Shown in pieces: positions 9,665 to 19,524 of a DNA stretch of 64,000 nucleotides; the first letter of the stretch is position 1, and every line of letters begins with the position of its first letter. The notes beneath the pieces are model-generated. The model worked only from the letters and a program-made list of their open reading frames with translations, was not told the DNA's origin and ran no database searches. This stretch comes from Candidatus Kaelpia aquatica (GTDB taxonomy: Bacteria; Omnitrophota; Gorgyraeia; Kaelpiales; Kaelpiaceae). The DNA is taken from contig JAVCCU010000030.1 in the NCBI GenBank assembly GCA_030765335.1, forward strand, positions 5,324-69,323, written 5' to 3'. Position numbers and translations under genes: made by a program.

Positions 9665-11116
9665 CTACCCTTTAATAACACCTAAGGGTCTCATCTTGCA
9701 AACTTTCTTTGATATTCCAGCCGAGACAACAACATTAACAACTTGATCTATATCTTTATATGCATCAGGCATCTCTTCAAGTAAGGTCTTCTTACCTCGA
9801 GACAGAACAAATATTCCTCTATCTTTAAGCTCTTTACTAATAGACCTATTTCTACCTTTTTTAATCGCTTCTGTTCTAGACATAACCCTGCCTGCTCCAT
9901 GGCAGGTTGAACCAAAACTCTCTTTCATTGCACGTTCAGTTCCAAGCAAGAGATAGGAGGCTGTACCCATATCTCCGGGTATGATTACAGGCTGACCTAT
10001 ATCTTTATAATCTTCCGGTATCTCAGCATGATTAGGTCCGAATGCACGTGTCGCACCTTTCCTGTGAACACATAATGTCTTCTCCTCTCCATCTACAATA
10101 TGTTTTTCAAATTTTGCAATATTGTGAGCAACATCATATACTAAATTGAGCCCTAAAGAACTCCGACTTTGATTAAAATATTTTTCAAAAACAGCCCTTA
10201 TTAAATGAGTAATATATTGCCGATTAGCCCAAGCATAGTTAGCAGCACACCTCATAGCCCCGATATAATCTTTAGCTTCGCTAGAATTAATTGGAGCAGA
10301 AGCAAGTTGTCTATCTGGAATATTTATATTATATTTGCTAACTGCCTTAACCATAGTTTTTAAATAATCATCGCAAACCTGGTAACCAAAACCACGAGAA
10401 CCAGTATGAATCATTATTGTGATAGCACCTTTCTTTAGCCCCAGGCTATCAGCAGAAGGCTCGTCATATATTTCAGCTATCACCTGAATCTCTAAGAAAT
10501 GATTTCCGGAACCAAGGGTTCCGCACTGGTCTCTACCTCTCTCGTATGCCCTATCGCTCACTTTATCAGGATCTGCTCCATCTATCTGACCGTTCTCTTC
10601 GCAATATGTTAGATCTTCCTTTACCCCGAATCCTCTCTCAACAGCCCATCTTGCACCCTTTATTAAAAGATTTCTCTCCTCCTTTTTGGACAATACAAGA
10701 TCACCTTTTGAGCCAACTCCTGCAGGAACAGAAGAATAGATAGATGAAACCAGGTTAGTAATTTCTTTTTTAATATCTTCATACTCTAAATTTGAACGCA
10801 AAAGTCTTAAGCCGCAATTAATATCATACCCAACTCCGCCAGGTGAAATAACACCGCCATTATCAGGATCGGTTGCTGCAACTCCTCCTATTGGAAAACC
10901 ATACCCCCAGTGAATATCGGGCATAGCCAGAGAGTATTTTACTATTCCTGGGAGATGTGCAACGTTGGCAACCTGCTTAAAAGCTTGACCGTCTATAGCT
11001 TTATTAAACATATCCTCAGTAGCATAGACTATTCCTGGAACCCTCATACCTTCCTGATAATCTCTAGGTATACGCCACCTATAATTATCTACTCTTTCTA
11101 TCTGAGAAGTTATCAT
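9665..11116 (-). CDS. rtcB: RtcB RNA-splicing/repair ligase (long form)
   Basis: MPDIHWGYGFPIGG, GYDINCG, GTLGSGNHFLE, HRKGATR, STCHGAGR. Confidence 0.95.
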   Translation of the reverse strand: MITSQIERVDNYRWRIPRDYQEGMRVPGIVYATEDMFNKAIDGQAFKQVANVAHLPGIVKYSLAMPDIHWGYGFPIGGVAATDPDNGGVISPGGVGYDINCGLRLLRSNLEYEDIKKEITNLVSSIYSSVPAGVGSKGDLVLSKKEERNLLIKGARWAVERGFGVKEDLTYCEENGQIDGADPDKVSDRAYERGRDQCGTLGSGNHFLEIQVIAEIYDEPSADSLGLKKGAITIMIHTGSRGFGYQVCDDYLKTMVKAVSKYNINIPDRQLASAPINSSEAKDYIGAMRCAANYAWANRQYITHLIRAVFEKYFNQSRSSLGLNLVYDVAHNIAKFEKHIVDGEEKTLCVHRKGATRAFGPNHAEIPEDYKDIGQPVIIPGDMGTASYLLLGTERAMKESFGSTCHGAGRVMSRTEAIKKGRNRSISKELKDRGIFVLSRGKKTLLEEMPDAYKDIDQVVNVVVSAGISKKVCKMRPLGVIKG

Positions 11117-11125
11117 TGTAAAAAC

Positions 11126-12778
11126 TTATTTAAAAACAGCTCCTGTAGACGCAGAGCTAACCAGTTTAGCATAGCGAGAGAGCCAACCTTCTTTCACTTT
11201 TAGTTCTGGGCTACGCCATTTCTTTTTTCTCTCTTTTAGCTCTTTATCCGAGATCAAAAGGTTTAACTTGCCTTTAGGAATATCGATCTCAATGACATCA
11301 CCCTCCTGAATTAAAGCAATAGCGCCACCCTCCTGGGCCTCTGGAGAGACATGTCCGATGCAAGGTCCACGAGTACCTCCTGAGAACCTGCCATCAGTTA
11401 TCAAGGCAACATCATTGGCTAAACCCATACCATATACAGCTGAAGTCGGAGCTAACATCTCACGCATGCCGGGACCACCCTTAGGCCCTTCATATCTTAT
11501 AACAACCACCGAACCTTTCTTTATCTTGCCATCTAAAATAGCCTTATTTGCAGCCTCTTCAGAATTAAACACCCTGGCCTTACCTTTAAACTTAAGCATC
11601 TCCTTAGATACAGCCGCCTGTTTAACAACTGCACCGTCTTGTGCAATATTACCTTTTAATATCGCAATACCACCCTCTTTAGAGTAAGCCTTTGCTATTG
11701 GCCGTATAATATCATCATCGAATATCTCTGCATTATCTAAAATCTTATGCACCGTATAGCCTGAGGTAGTAATATTGTTTTGAATCGACTTTTTAAGCCT
11801 CTTAAGAACAGCCGGTATACCACCTGCTCTATGTAGATCCTCCATCATGTAATCTCCAGCTGGCCTAAGCTTACAAATATTAGGGGTCTTCTTACTTATT
11901 TGATCAAATCTATCCAATGACAATTCCACTCCTGCTTCATGGGCAATAGCTTTAAGATGCAGAACCGTATTCGTTGAGCCGCCTAAAGCCATATCAACTG
12001 CTATAGCATTATCAAACGACTTACTATTCATTATATCTCTTGGTCTTATATTTTTTCTTACAAGCTCTATAACTCTTTCGCCGCTATCTCTTGCAATTCT
12101 TACTGCTTCAGCAGATACAGCTGGAGAGGTAGCACAGAAAGAAAGGCTCATTCCTAAAGCCTCCGTTAAACAAGCCATCGTATTTGCTGTATACATTCCC
12201 TGACATGAGCCAGCTCCAGGACAAGCACGGCACTCTAGCTCGGTAAGTTCATCTTTAGGCATATTACCTGCTTTATATTGACCTATAGCTTCAAAAGTAT
12301 CACGAACTAAAGAGAGTCTCTTACCTTTATAATTACCGGCAAGCATAGGCCCAGCCGTCACAACAATCGCAGGTATATTAATTCTGGCAATAGCCATTAG
12401 CATACCCGGAGTAATCTTGTCACAATTAGTGAGGCAGATCAGGCCGTCAAGCTGATGAGCATTAGTAGTGCTTTCAATCATATCTGCTATCAATTCACGT
12501 GATGGTAAAGAATATTTCATACCGCTATGCCCCATTGCAATTCCATCACAGATACCAGGCACGCTAAAATAAAAACCTACGCCGCCTCCAGAGAATACAC
12601 CCTGCTCAATTGCACGCTCTAAGACACGCATATTAACATGCCCTGGCACAAGATCGGTAAAACTTGAAACCATTCCTATGAAAGGTTTCCTCCAGGCAGT
12701 TTTAGATATTCCTGTTGCATAGAGTAATGCTCTATGTGGAGCTCTTTCCACACCTTTTTTTATTTTATCACTACGCAT
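11126..12778 (-). CDS. ilvD: Dihydroxy-acid dehydratase
   Basis: [35 protein letters not shown]. Confidence 0.97.
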   Translation of the reverse strand: MRSDKIKKGVERAPHRALLYATGISKTAWRKPFIGMVSSFTDLVPGHVNMRVLERAIEQGVFSGGGVGFYFSVPGICDGIAMGHSGMKYSLPSRELIADMIESTTNAHQLDGLICLTNCDKITPGMLMAIARINIPAIVVTAGPMLAGNYKGKRLSLVRDTFEAIGQYKAGNMPKDELTELECRACPGAGSCQGMYTANTMACLTEALGMSLSFCATSPAVSAEAVRIARDSGERVIELVRKNIRPRDIMNSKSFDNAIAVDMALGGSTNTVLHLKAIAHEAGVELSLDRFDQISKKTPNICKLRPAGDYMMEDLHRAGGIPAVLKRLKKSIQNNITTSGYTVHKILDNAEIFDDDIIRPIAKAYSKEGGIAILKGNIAQDGAVVKQAAVSKEMLKFKGKARVFNSEEAANKAILDGKIKKGSVVVIRYEGPKGGPGMREMLAPTSAVYGMGLANDVALITDGRFSGGTRGPCIGHVSPEAQEGGAIALIQEGDVIEIDIPKGKLNLLISDKELKERKKKWRSPELKVKEGWLSRYAKLVSSASTGAVFK

Positions 12779-12868
12779 TCTTGCCTCCTTTTATAAATTT
12801 ATTATCTAAAAACAATAACAGCTCTAAAGTTATGGATAACAAAAACAGTTTAATAAATTACAAATAAA

Positions 12869-13996
12869 TTAAAGGTATACTCTATCTTTAACCTTACCTA
12901 AACCACATAAAACTTCATAGGGAATCGTATTAGACAACTCCGCTAACTCTTCAATTCTTATCTCTTCAGTTCCCTGTTTTCCTGTAATTACAACCTCATC
13001 ACCTATTTGAGCATCTTCAATATCCCTTAAATCAACCATTGTCTGATCCATGGAAACTCTACCTAAAATAGAGACTCTTTTAGACCTCAGAAGGACTGAA
13101 CCTCTATTTGAAAAACTCCAAGGAATACCTTGACTATAACCTACAGGAATAATTCCTATTTTCATATCCGACGAAGCTTTATAGGTACAGCAATACCCTA
13201 TAGAATTGCCTTTTTTTACAGTCTTTATCTCTATGAGACGAGTTTTAAAGCTCATAGCTTGGGCTATCTTAATTCTGCTTTTTACTCCTGAATCAGGATA
13301 TACCCCATAAAGAATCAGACCTGGCCTTACAAGATCATACCAGAGAGAAGGCATGCGTAAAGTTGTAGAGCTATTGGCCAGATGAGACACAAAACTATAA
13401 CCATGCTCCTTAAGAAGATCTCTTGAATGTTGAAATCTCTCTGCTTGTAACCTTGTAAAATCTATATCTTCAGCATGTGCAAAATGAGTAAAGCAGCCTT
13501 GGACATCAAGATGCTTAGACTTAAGAAGAGCCTTTAACAGGCTATCACTCTCCTCCCATCCTACGCCCAGCCTAGACATGCCCGTATCAATCTTGATATG
13601 CACTGGTATTTTAACACCCAGATGCCGAGCTTTTTCATCGAATAATTCCAAAAACTCAATACTATTAATGGCTGGCATGATACCTTCTTCAATTATAAAA
13701 CTTATATCCTCATCCCCTAAAGGATTAGAGAGAAAGAGGATAGGCTTATCTATGCCGCACTCTTTAAGTTCAGATGCTTCGCTTAAACTGGATACCGCAA
13801 ATATATCTATTAATTCCGATAAAGCCTCGGCAGTTTCTCTTATGCCATGCTCATAAGCATTACTCTTTACAACAGCAATAATTCCGACTTCTGACTTTAA
13901 AAATTTTCTTAAATTTGCAGCGTTAGACCTTATGGCATTTAAATCTATTTCCAACCAACATCTATTAGATATTCTATTTTTTAAATTTATCTGCAT
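12869..13996 (-). CDS. alr: Alanine racemase
   Basis: AVVKSNAYEHG, KIDTGMSRLG, VRPGLILYG, GRVSMDQ, TIPYE. Confidence 0.95.
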   Translation of the reverse strand: MQINLKNRISNRCWLEIDLNAIRSNAANLRKFLKSEVGIIAVVKSNAYEHGIRETAEALSELIDIFAVSSLSEASELKECGIDKPILFLSNPLGDEDISFIIEEGIMPAINSIEFLELFDEKARHLGVKIPVHIKIDTGMSRLGVGWEESDSLLKALLKSKHLDVQGCFTHFAHAEDIDFTRLQAERFQHSRDLLKEHGYSFVSHLANSSTTLRMPSLWYDLVRPGLILYGVYPDSGVKSRIKIAQAMSFKTRLIEIKTVKKGNSIGYCCTYKASSDMKIGIIPVGYSQGIPWSFSNRGSVLLRSKRVSILGRVSMDQTMVDLRDIEDAQIGDEVVITGKQGTEEIRIEELAELSNTIPYEVLCGLGKVKDRVYL

Positions 13997-14016
13997 ATCT
14001 TCTGCTATTTAATATA

Positions 14017-14694
14017 TTATCTTCTTATCGTACACTCTTTAGGATAAATATAAAAAGGCTTTAAATCAAATATATTCTCCCTCTCCCCTTTATTCCAATC
14101 GTGAAAAGCCAAACTTACTATATGTTCAGGCTTTATGATCCAGCTCTCTTTTTCTAGAATATTTAAATTACTCCCTATATCAGGATAGACTTCCTTCAGC
14201 ACATTAACTCCATCCCCCAAAATAATATCCACATCTTTTAATCTATCTCCAGCTTCTTCCGCAGATATTAGAACATGTTCGCTAACTCTTTTAAAACCAT
14301 CCTCACCTCTTCTATATTTAGAAAAATAGATATTGCCCCTCCTACCGTCCATTAAAGAGGCAACTATATCACCTTCAACAGAAGACGCATTCAAGGCTAA
14401 TAGATCCAAAGAGTTTAAAGCCACCGCATCCTTATCTAAAGCATAAGCAAGAGCCTTAACTGCTGTAACAGCTATCCTTATTCCAGTAAAGGAGCCTGGA
14501 CCTACAACAGCAGCAAAACAGCTTAAATCTTTAACTGTCACCTCGCCTTCCTCTAACACCGCATTGATATGCCCGTATAATAAAGCTGTATGCTCACGAG
14601 GATTTTCCAATGATAGACTAGAGACTAACTTGCCATCTTTACCCAATCCGATATTCAATCGGTCTGAAGAAACATCTATCCCAAGAATAAACAT
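14017..14694 (-). CDS. tsaB: t6A biosynthesis protein TsaB
   Basis: ILGIDVS, GPGSFTGIRIAV; adjacent to tsaE. Confidence 0.93.
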   Translation of the reverse strand: MFILGIDVSSDRLNIGLGKDGKLVSSLSLENPREHTALLYGHINAVLEEGEVTVKDLSCFAAVVGPGSFTGIRIAVTAVKALAYALDKDAVALNSLDLLALNASSVEGDIVASLMDGRRGNIYFSKYRRGEDGFKRVSEHVLISAEEAGDRLKDVDIILGDGVNVLKEVYPDIGSNLNILEKESWIIKPEHIVSLAFHDWNKGERENIFDLKPFYIYPKECTIRR

Positions 14695-14699
14695 TTTAA

Positions 14700-15161
14700 C
14701 TAAAGAACTATCTCCTTTAAAAATTTTACGTTATCTGTATCAATCTCTATGAATCGCTGCTTATCTTCAGCTAGCAGCGCTATCTTTACCAGAACATCTA
14801 GGGTCAAGACATCTTTAACTTTTTCCGCCCACTCTATAAGAACAATGTTATCTTTAGAAAAGTATCCATCCCAATCAATTTCAAATATTTCATCTTTATT
14901 GGTTAATCTATAAAGATCCATATGAATGATAGGGAACTTGGCTTTATATTCCTGAACTAAAACAAAAGAAGCGCTGGCTACATTTTTTGGATCATATCCT
15001 AAGCCTGCTAGAATACCTTTTATAAGAACGGTCTTACCAGAGCCCAGCTCTCCCTCAAAACCAACTACTACCCCAGGAGAGATAGATCTTGCCATACTCT
15101 TACCTAAACTAAAAGTCTCTCGTTCAGAATTAGTATAAATCTTTTTACTTGAAATGGTCAT
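14700..15161 (-). CDS. tsaE: t6A biosynthesis ATPase TsaE
   Basis: GELGSGKT, HMDLYRL, LIEWAE. Confidence 0.93.
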   Translation of the reverse strand: MTISSKKIYTNSERETFSLGKSMARSISPGVVVGFEGELGSGKTVLIKGILAGLGYDPKNVASASFVLVQEYKAKFPIIHMDLYRLTNKDEIFEIDWDGYFSKDNIVLIEWAEKVKDVLTLDVLVKIALLAEDKQRFIEIDTDNVKFLKEIVL

Positions 15162-16029
15162 AACCCTCCACTTTAACCTTTCTCATCCGCCCTGCCTCTT
15201 GAATAAGAATCCCTCCTCTCTTCTCTGTAATATTACCTATAGACCTAACTTTAAGACCGCAGCCTGGAATAGAGCCTGGAATATTACTCTTCCCTGAAGC
15301 AGTAAATAACAATTCAAAATCTTCCCCTTCTCTAACTGCACTGCTAAAACTAGCTGCTCTAGCTGACAAGGGGATCAATCTTTTATCTAAAATAGCACCT
15401 TTATCAGAAGCCTTACACAGTCTACTAAGATCTAAAATAAGACCGTCTGTTATATCTATCATAGAATTTATCTTAAAATTGCTACTCAACCATTGAGCCT
15501 CTTTTAATCTTGGATTAAATTTATAATGCTTAGAAGAAGAAGCAGCTCCTCCTATAGTGCCTGTAACATAGATAGCATCACCGACCTTAGCTCCAGACCT
15601 AGTAAGCAAGTAAATGCTCTTAACCTTACCCACCATAGCAATGGCCAAAAAAAGAGAGTTACTTTTAACTGTATCTCCACCCACTATCTTTATGTCATAT
15701 TTTTCAGCTATATTTTTTATTCCCCTATAAAGTTTTGATACAAATACCTTGTCCAATTTTTTAATCCCAAGATTTACAACTGCATATAAAGGCTCTCCTC
15801 CCATAGCAGCTATATCTGATATGTTCACAGCCATAGCCTTACGGCCTATATAATAAGGGCTTAATCTATTCTTTATAAAATGCCTGCCTTCAATAATGGT
15901 ATCGGTTGTAAAGAGGAGCTTCTCACCTTTTTTATATGGCAATACCGCAGCATCATCTCCAATACCTATAAAATCTCTGCCGCCTTTAAACAATGATGAT
16001 AATAAAGCTGCTAATCTATCCTCATTCAT
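15145..16029 (-). CDS. thiL: Thiamine-monophosphate kinase
   Basis: GIGDDAA, VNISDIAAMGG, VGGDT, IDITDGL, GEDFELLF. Confidence 0.95.
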   Translation of the reverse strand: MNEDRLAALLSSLFKGGRDFIGIGDDAAVLPYKKGEKLLFTTDTIIEGRHFIKNRLSPYYIGRKAMAVNISDIAAMGGEPLYAVVNLGIKKLDKVFVSKLYRGIKNIAEKYDIKIVGGDTVKSNSLFLAIAMVGKVKSIYLLTRSGAKVGDAIYVTGTIGGAASSSKHYKFNPRLKEAQWLSSNFKINSMIDITDGLILDLSRLCKASDKGAILDKRLIPLSARAASFSSAVREGEDFELLFTASGKSNIPGSIPGCGLKVRSIGNITEKRGGILIQEAGRMRKVKVEGYDHFK

Positions 16030-17116
16030 TTAAAACCTTCTTGATTCTTTCTTCAAAAGGTCTCTCTATTATTCCTTTTTCAGTTATTATAGCAGTTACA
16101 AACTCAGACTCAGTTATATCGAAAGCCGGATTTTCAACTTTAGTACCAAGAGGTGCAATATTAACTCCGGATATCTTGAGAACCTCATCGGAGCCTCTTC
16201 TTTCGATAGGGATATCCTCTCCTTTATTTAGAGATAGATCGAAACTGGTCGAAGGAGCTACAACATAGAAGGGCAGTTTATGCACCCCCGCAAGTCTGGC
16301 TAAAGAATAAGTACCTATCTTATTGGCAAAATCACCGTTCTTAACTATTCTGTCGGCTCCGACAAATATCTTATCTATTTTCTTCTCTTTCATTAAAAAC
16401 CCAGCCATACTATCAGTGATTAATTTATAATCTATACCTGCCTCTTTTAATTCCCAGCAGGTCAACCTGCTTCCTTGAAGCAAAGGCCTTGTCTCATCTA
16501 CATAAACGGAAAATTTCTTTCCTCTCTCTTTAGCGCTAAAAAATACAGCCAGAGCCGTACCGTAGCCCCCTGTTGCAAGTCCGCCAGCATTACAATGCGT
16601 TAGAATGTTGTCCCCATTCTCTATTAGCTCAGAGCCTAAATCTCCTATTTTGTAAGATTGCTCTATATCCTCTCTCCATATAGATAACGCATCATTTTCT
16701 ATAATATCTATCAATTCAATCAAATCTCTACCTCTATTCTTATTAAAAACTCTTTTGATTCTCTCTAGCGCCCAATATAAATTTACTGCTGTGGGCCGAG
16801 ATTTAGATAACACCTCTATTGCAATCTTAATTTGCTTCTCTAATCCTAAAATATCTTTAGGCATACCATATTTTATGCTTAGAACTACTCCAAAAGCAGC
16901 CACAATTCCTACTAGAGGTGCACCTCTAACATACATCTTTTTAATTAGATTATAGACTTCCTCTAGGTTATTTGCGCTCACCCAGGATATCTTATCGGGA
17001 AGCAGTCTCTGGTCTAAAACCTCAAGACAACTTCCATCCCATCTTAAATGTTCTATATGAAAACTCCTGCCATAGAAATCTTTAAAATCCATCATACCCC
17101 TACGTATCTCCTCCAA
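16022..17116 (-). CDS. mtnA: Methylthioribose-1-phosphate isomerase
   Basis: LDQRLLP, VRGAP, RPTAVNL, LTHCNAGGLATGGYGTAL, ETRPLLQG, NKIGTY. Confidence 0.95.
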   Translation of the reverse strand: MEEIRRGMMDFKDFYGRSFHIEHLRWDGSCLEVLDQRLLPDKISWVSANNLEEVYNLIKKMYVRGAPLVGIVAAFGVVLSIKYGMPKDILGLEKQIKIAIEVLSKSRPTAVNLYWALERIKRVFNKNRGRDLIELIDIIENDALSIWREDIEQSYKIGDLGSELIENGDNILTHCNAGGLATGGYGTALAVFFSAKERGKKFSVYVDETRPLLQGSRLTCWELKEAGIDYKLITDSMAGFLMKEKKIDKIFVGADRIVKNGDFANKIGTYSLARLAGVHKLPFYVVAPSTSFDLSLNKGEDIPIERRGSDEVLKISGVNIAPLGTKVENPAFDITESEFVTAIITEKGIIERPFEERIKKVLNE

Positions 17117-18144
17117 AGAAATATCAACAACAGTATAAAGCCATTATGTAAGACATGTGCAAATATAGGACACCATAGAGAGCCTGTCTTCTCGTAAAGA
17201 TATACAAATAGAAAAGCTAAGGCTAATATGGGAAAGAAACCTATGATATTCATATGAAGAAACGCAAACAATAAGGATGAGATTAAAAGCGCCTGCAATC
17301 CTCCTATTGACTTTTTAAGAACAGTGTATAGCAAGCCTCTAAAAAACAACTCTTCAACAAAAGGCCCGATGAAAACAACAAAGAGAGAAGTTAAGGTTAA
17401 GATAAGCGGGTTCTTTTCAAAGAGAAGAAAGAAGAATAGCAACTGCGGGGAACTTGCTTTCTCATATTTGCCTAAAAATGTCAAACTTAAAACCATAACT
17501 ATAAAGAGCAGAGGGATAAATGAAAGATAACTTGATAGTGCTATCTTAAGAGGATAGAGCATATTTTTAAGCCCTACACCTATTGCAGCCAAACCTTGCT
17601 TAAAGTACTTCTTAAGCCAATATAAAACCAAAACAAATATTGTAACATCTAAAATAAATGAGTTAAAAAGATTAAAAACTATATACTCTCTTTCGGTCGA
17701 TATTTTCATAAAAAACCCCAGCAGTTCATCTGAAACAGAGAAAACTTGAAGCCAGAATATAACCCAGACTAATATTTTAAGAAAATCTTTCAGACTCCAA
17801 AGAGGAGAAGGAGAGAAATTAACTCTCTTTATGAGAGGCTTTAAGGTTAATAATCTATAGACTTGGATTAAAAACATAGCTAAACAAATGGACGCAAAAA
17901 TCAAAAATATTAAAAAAATCGGAGATCCGAAAACAGCTTTCAAATCTAAAAGCTTCTCTTCGCTTAAGGCCAACTTCTCTTCCCATGCTTGCCTTAGAAC
18001 TAAAGCCTTAGAATATAGCTGACCAAGGTATATTCTCCTTGGTATAACTGCTTCAAAAAGAGATATTACAAATGTAGAGAAAAGTATAAAGATATAAAAA
18101 CCAAACTCATCGACAAAATCCTTTAAACCTCTCTTAAAATCCAT
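17092..18144 (-). CDS. CPBP/Abi family intramembrane metalloprotease
   Basis: PFVEELFFRG, FAFLH, HVLHN motifs; multi-TM. Confidence 0.9.
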   Translation of the reverse strand: MDFKRGLKDFVDEFGFYIFILFSTFVISLFEAVIPRRIYLGQLYSKALVLRQAWEEKLALSEEKLLDLKAVFGSPIFLIFLIFASICLAMFLIQVYRLLTLKPLIKRVNFSPSPLWSLKDFLKILVWVIFWLQVFSVSDELLGFFMKISTEREYIVFNLFNSFILDVTIFVLVLYWLKKYFKQGLAAIGVGLKNMLYPLKIALSSYLSFIPLLFIVMVLSLTFLGKYEKASSPQLLFFFLLFEKNPLILTLTSLFVVFIGPFVEELFFRGLLYTVLKKSIGGLQALLISSLLFAFLHMNIIGFFPILALAFLFVYLYEKTGSLWCPIFAHVLHNGFILLLIFLWRRYVGV

Positions 18145-18161
18145 AATAAATTAAGCTTAAA

Positions 18162-19523
18162 TTAAATTATAGGCCTTACCCTACATTTAACTTCCAGATC
18201 ATCAGTTATTCTCCTGGCTTTTTCAATGGAGAACCCCTCTATATCTAAAAAACTTACTTCTACCCAAGGTATATATTTTTTTGACTCTTTGATAAAATCT
18301 ACAACCCCATTAAAAGTATCATCTCCGAAACTAGGCTTACAGAAAGAATTATACCTGTCTTTATCCTCGACATTCAGACTGACAGATATACTATCAATAT
18401 AGCCTTTGAGTTCGGGTAAGAGATTTCTTTTTGAGATTAAATTACCGCATCCATTAGTAACAATGCGGACTCTATAACCCTTGCTTTTTAAACCCTTGGC
18501 TATCTCTTTTAACTCTTTAAACCTAAAGAAAGGTTCTCCTATACCGCAAAAAGTAATTTCATCAAATCCTTTCTCTCTTTCTACAGCCTTTAAAACCTCA
18601 CTCACTTTAGGCTCTTTCCTAAGCCTTAAATTATGCCCCGCAAAATAATCACTACTTAAACCACTGCAAAAATAACACTTATTGCTGCATCTATTTGTAA
18701 GGTTTATATAAAGACCGTCTTTATATCTATATAGATACTTGGAAGACATATTAATGCTGCCTATACCAAATATATTCTTAGAATTTAACGCTAAGGAACG
18801 CCTAAGGTCCTCTTCTGTAATCGAGTTTTCATTTAAAACAACTTCCAAAGAATCTTTTAAAAATGCAGGCTCATTTCTACTGCCTCTTCTTGTTGAGGGC
18901 GCAAGATAAGGAGAATCTGTCTCAAGCAACAGCCTATCCAACGGGGTATGCTTAACAAGTTTTTTTAAATCTCGGCTAAACGTCAAATTAGTAGCATACG
19001 ATATATAAAAACCTCTCTTTAGACACTGCTTTAAAAAATCAATATCTCCGGAGAAACAATGCATAATAACCTTAGGAGAAAACCTCTTTATATTATCTAG
19101 AACCGACAATATGTCCTTGCCGGCTTCCCTATTGTGCACAACAAGCGGGAGATGGTTAAAATTCTGCCACAATCCAAGCAGTTTCTCTAACATTAATATC
19201 TGACTCTTAGAAGTTGAACTCTTTCTATAATAATCAAGCCCTATCTCCCCAAAAGCAACAACCTTCTTCTTCCTAAGCAGCTTCTTGAAAATCAACAAAT
19301 CTCTATCGTGAAAAGATTTTGTATTATGTGGATGAGACCCTACGGCAGCATAAATATTCTTAAACTTTCTTGCAATAGAGAGGGATTTGAGAGAGGTCTC
19401 TAAATCAATTCCTAATACAACCATATACTCAACACTATCTGCTCTAGCTCTATCTATCACTCTTTTTAAATCGAATTTGAACTCTGGGTGCCAGAGATGG
19501 GAATGAGTATCGACAAGATACAT
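18162..19523 (-). CDS. tatD: TatD nuclease fused to TatD-associated radical SAM domain
   Basis: DTHSHL, GEIGLDY, ETDSPYL then LYINLTNRCSNKCYFC, FCGIGEP, TNG. Confidence 0.9.
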   Translation of the reverse strand: MYLVDTHSHLWHPEFKFDLKRVIDRARADSVEYMVVLGIDLETSLKSLSIARKFKNIYAAVGSHPHNTKSFHDRDLLIFKKLLRKKKVVAFGEIGLDYYRKSSTSKSQILMLEKLLGLWQNFNHLPLVVHNREAGKDILSVLDNIKRFSPKVIMHCFSGDIDFLKQCLKRGFYISYATNLTFSRDLKKLVKHTPLDRLLLETDSPYLAPSTRRGSRNEPAFLKDSLEVVLNENSITEEDLRRSLALNSKNIFGIGSINMSSKYLYRYKDGLYINLTNRCSNKCYFCSGLSSDYFAGHNLRLRKEPKVSEVLKAVEREKGFDEITFCGIGEPFFRFKELKEIAKGLKSKGYRVRIVTNGCGNLISKRNLLPELKGYIDSISVSLNVEDKDRYNSFCKPSFGDDTFNGVVDFIKESKKYIPWVEVSFLDIEGFSIEKARRITDDLEVKCRVRPII

Positions 19524-19524
19524 C

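Noticed and set aside
12829-12840. GTTATCCATAAC, a DnaA-box-like near-palindrome upstream of ilvD
   Set aside because: Single mismatched copy with no cluster; no support for oriC or a defined regulator.
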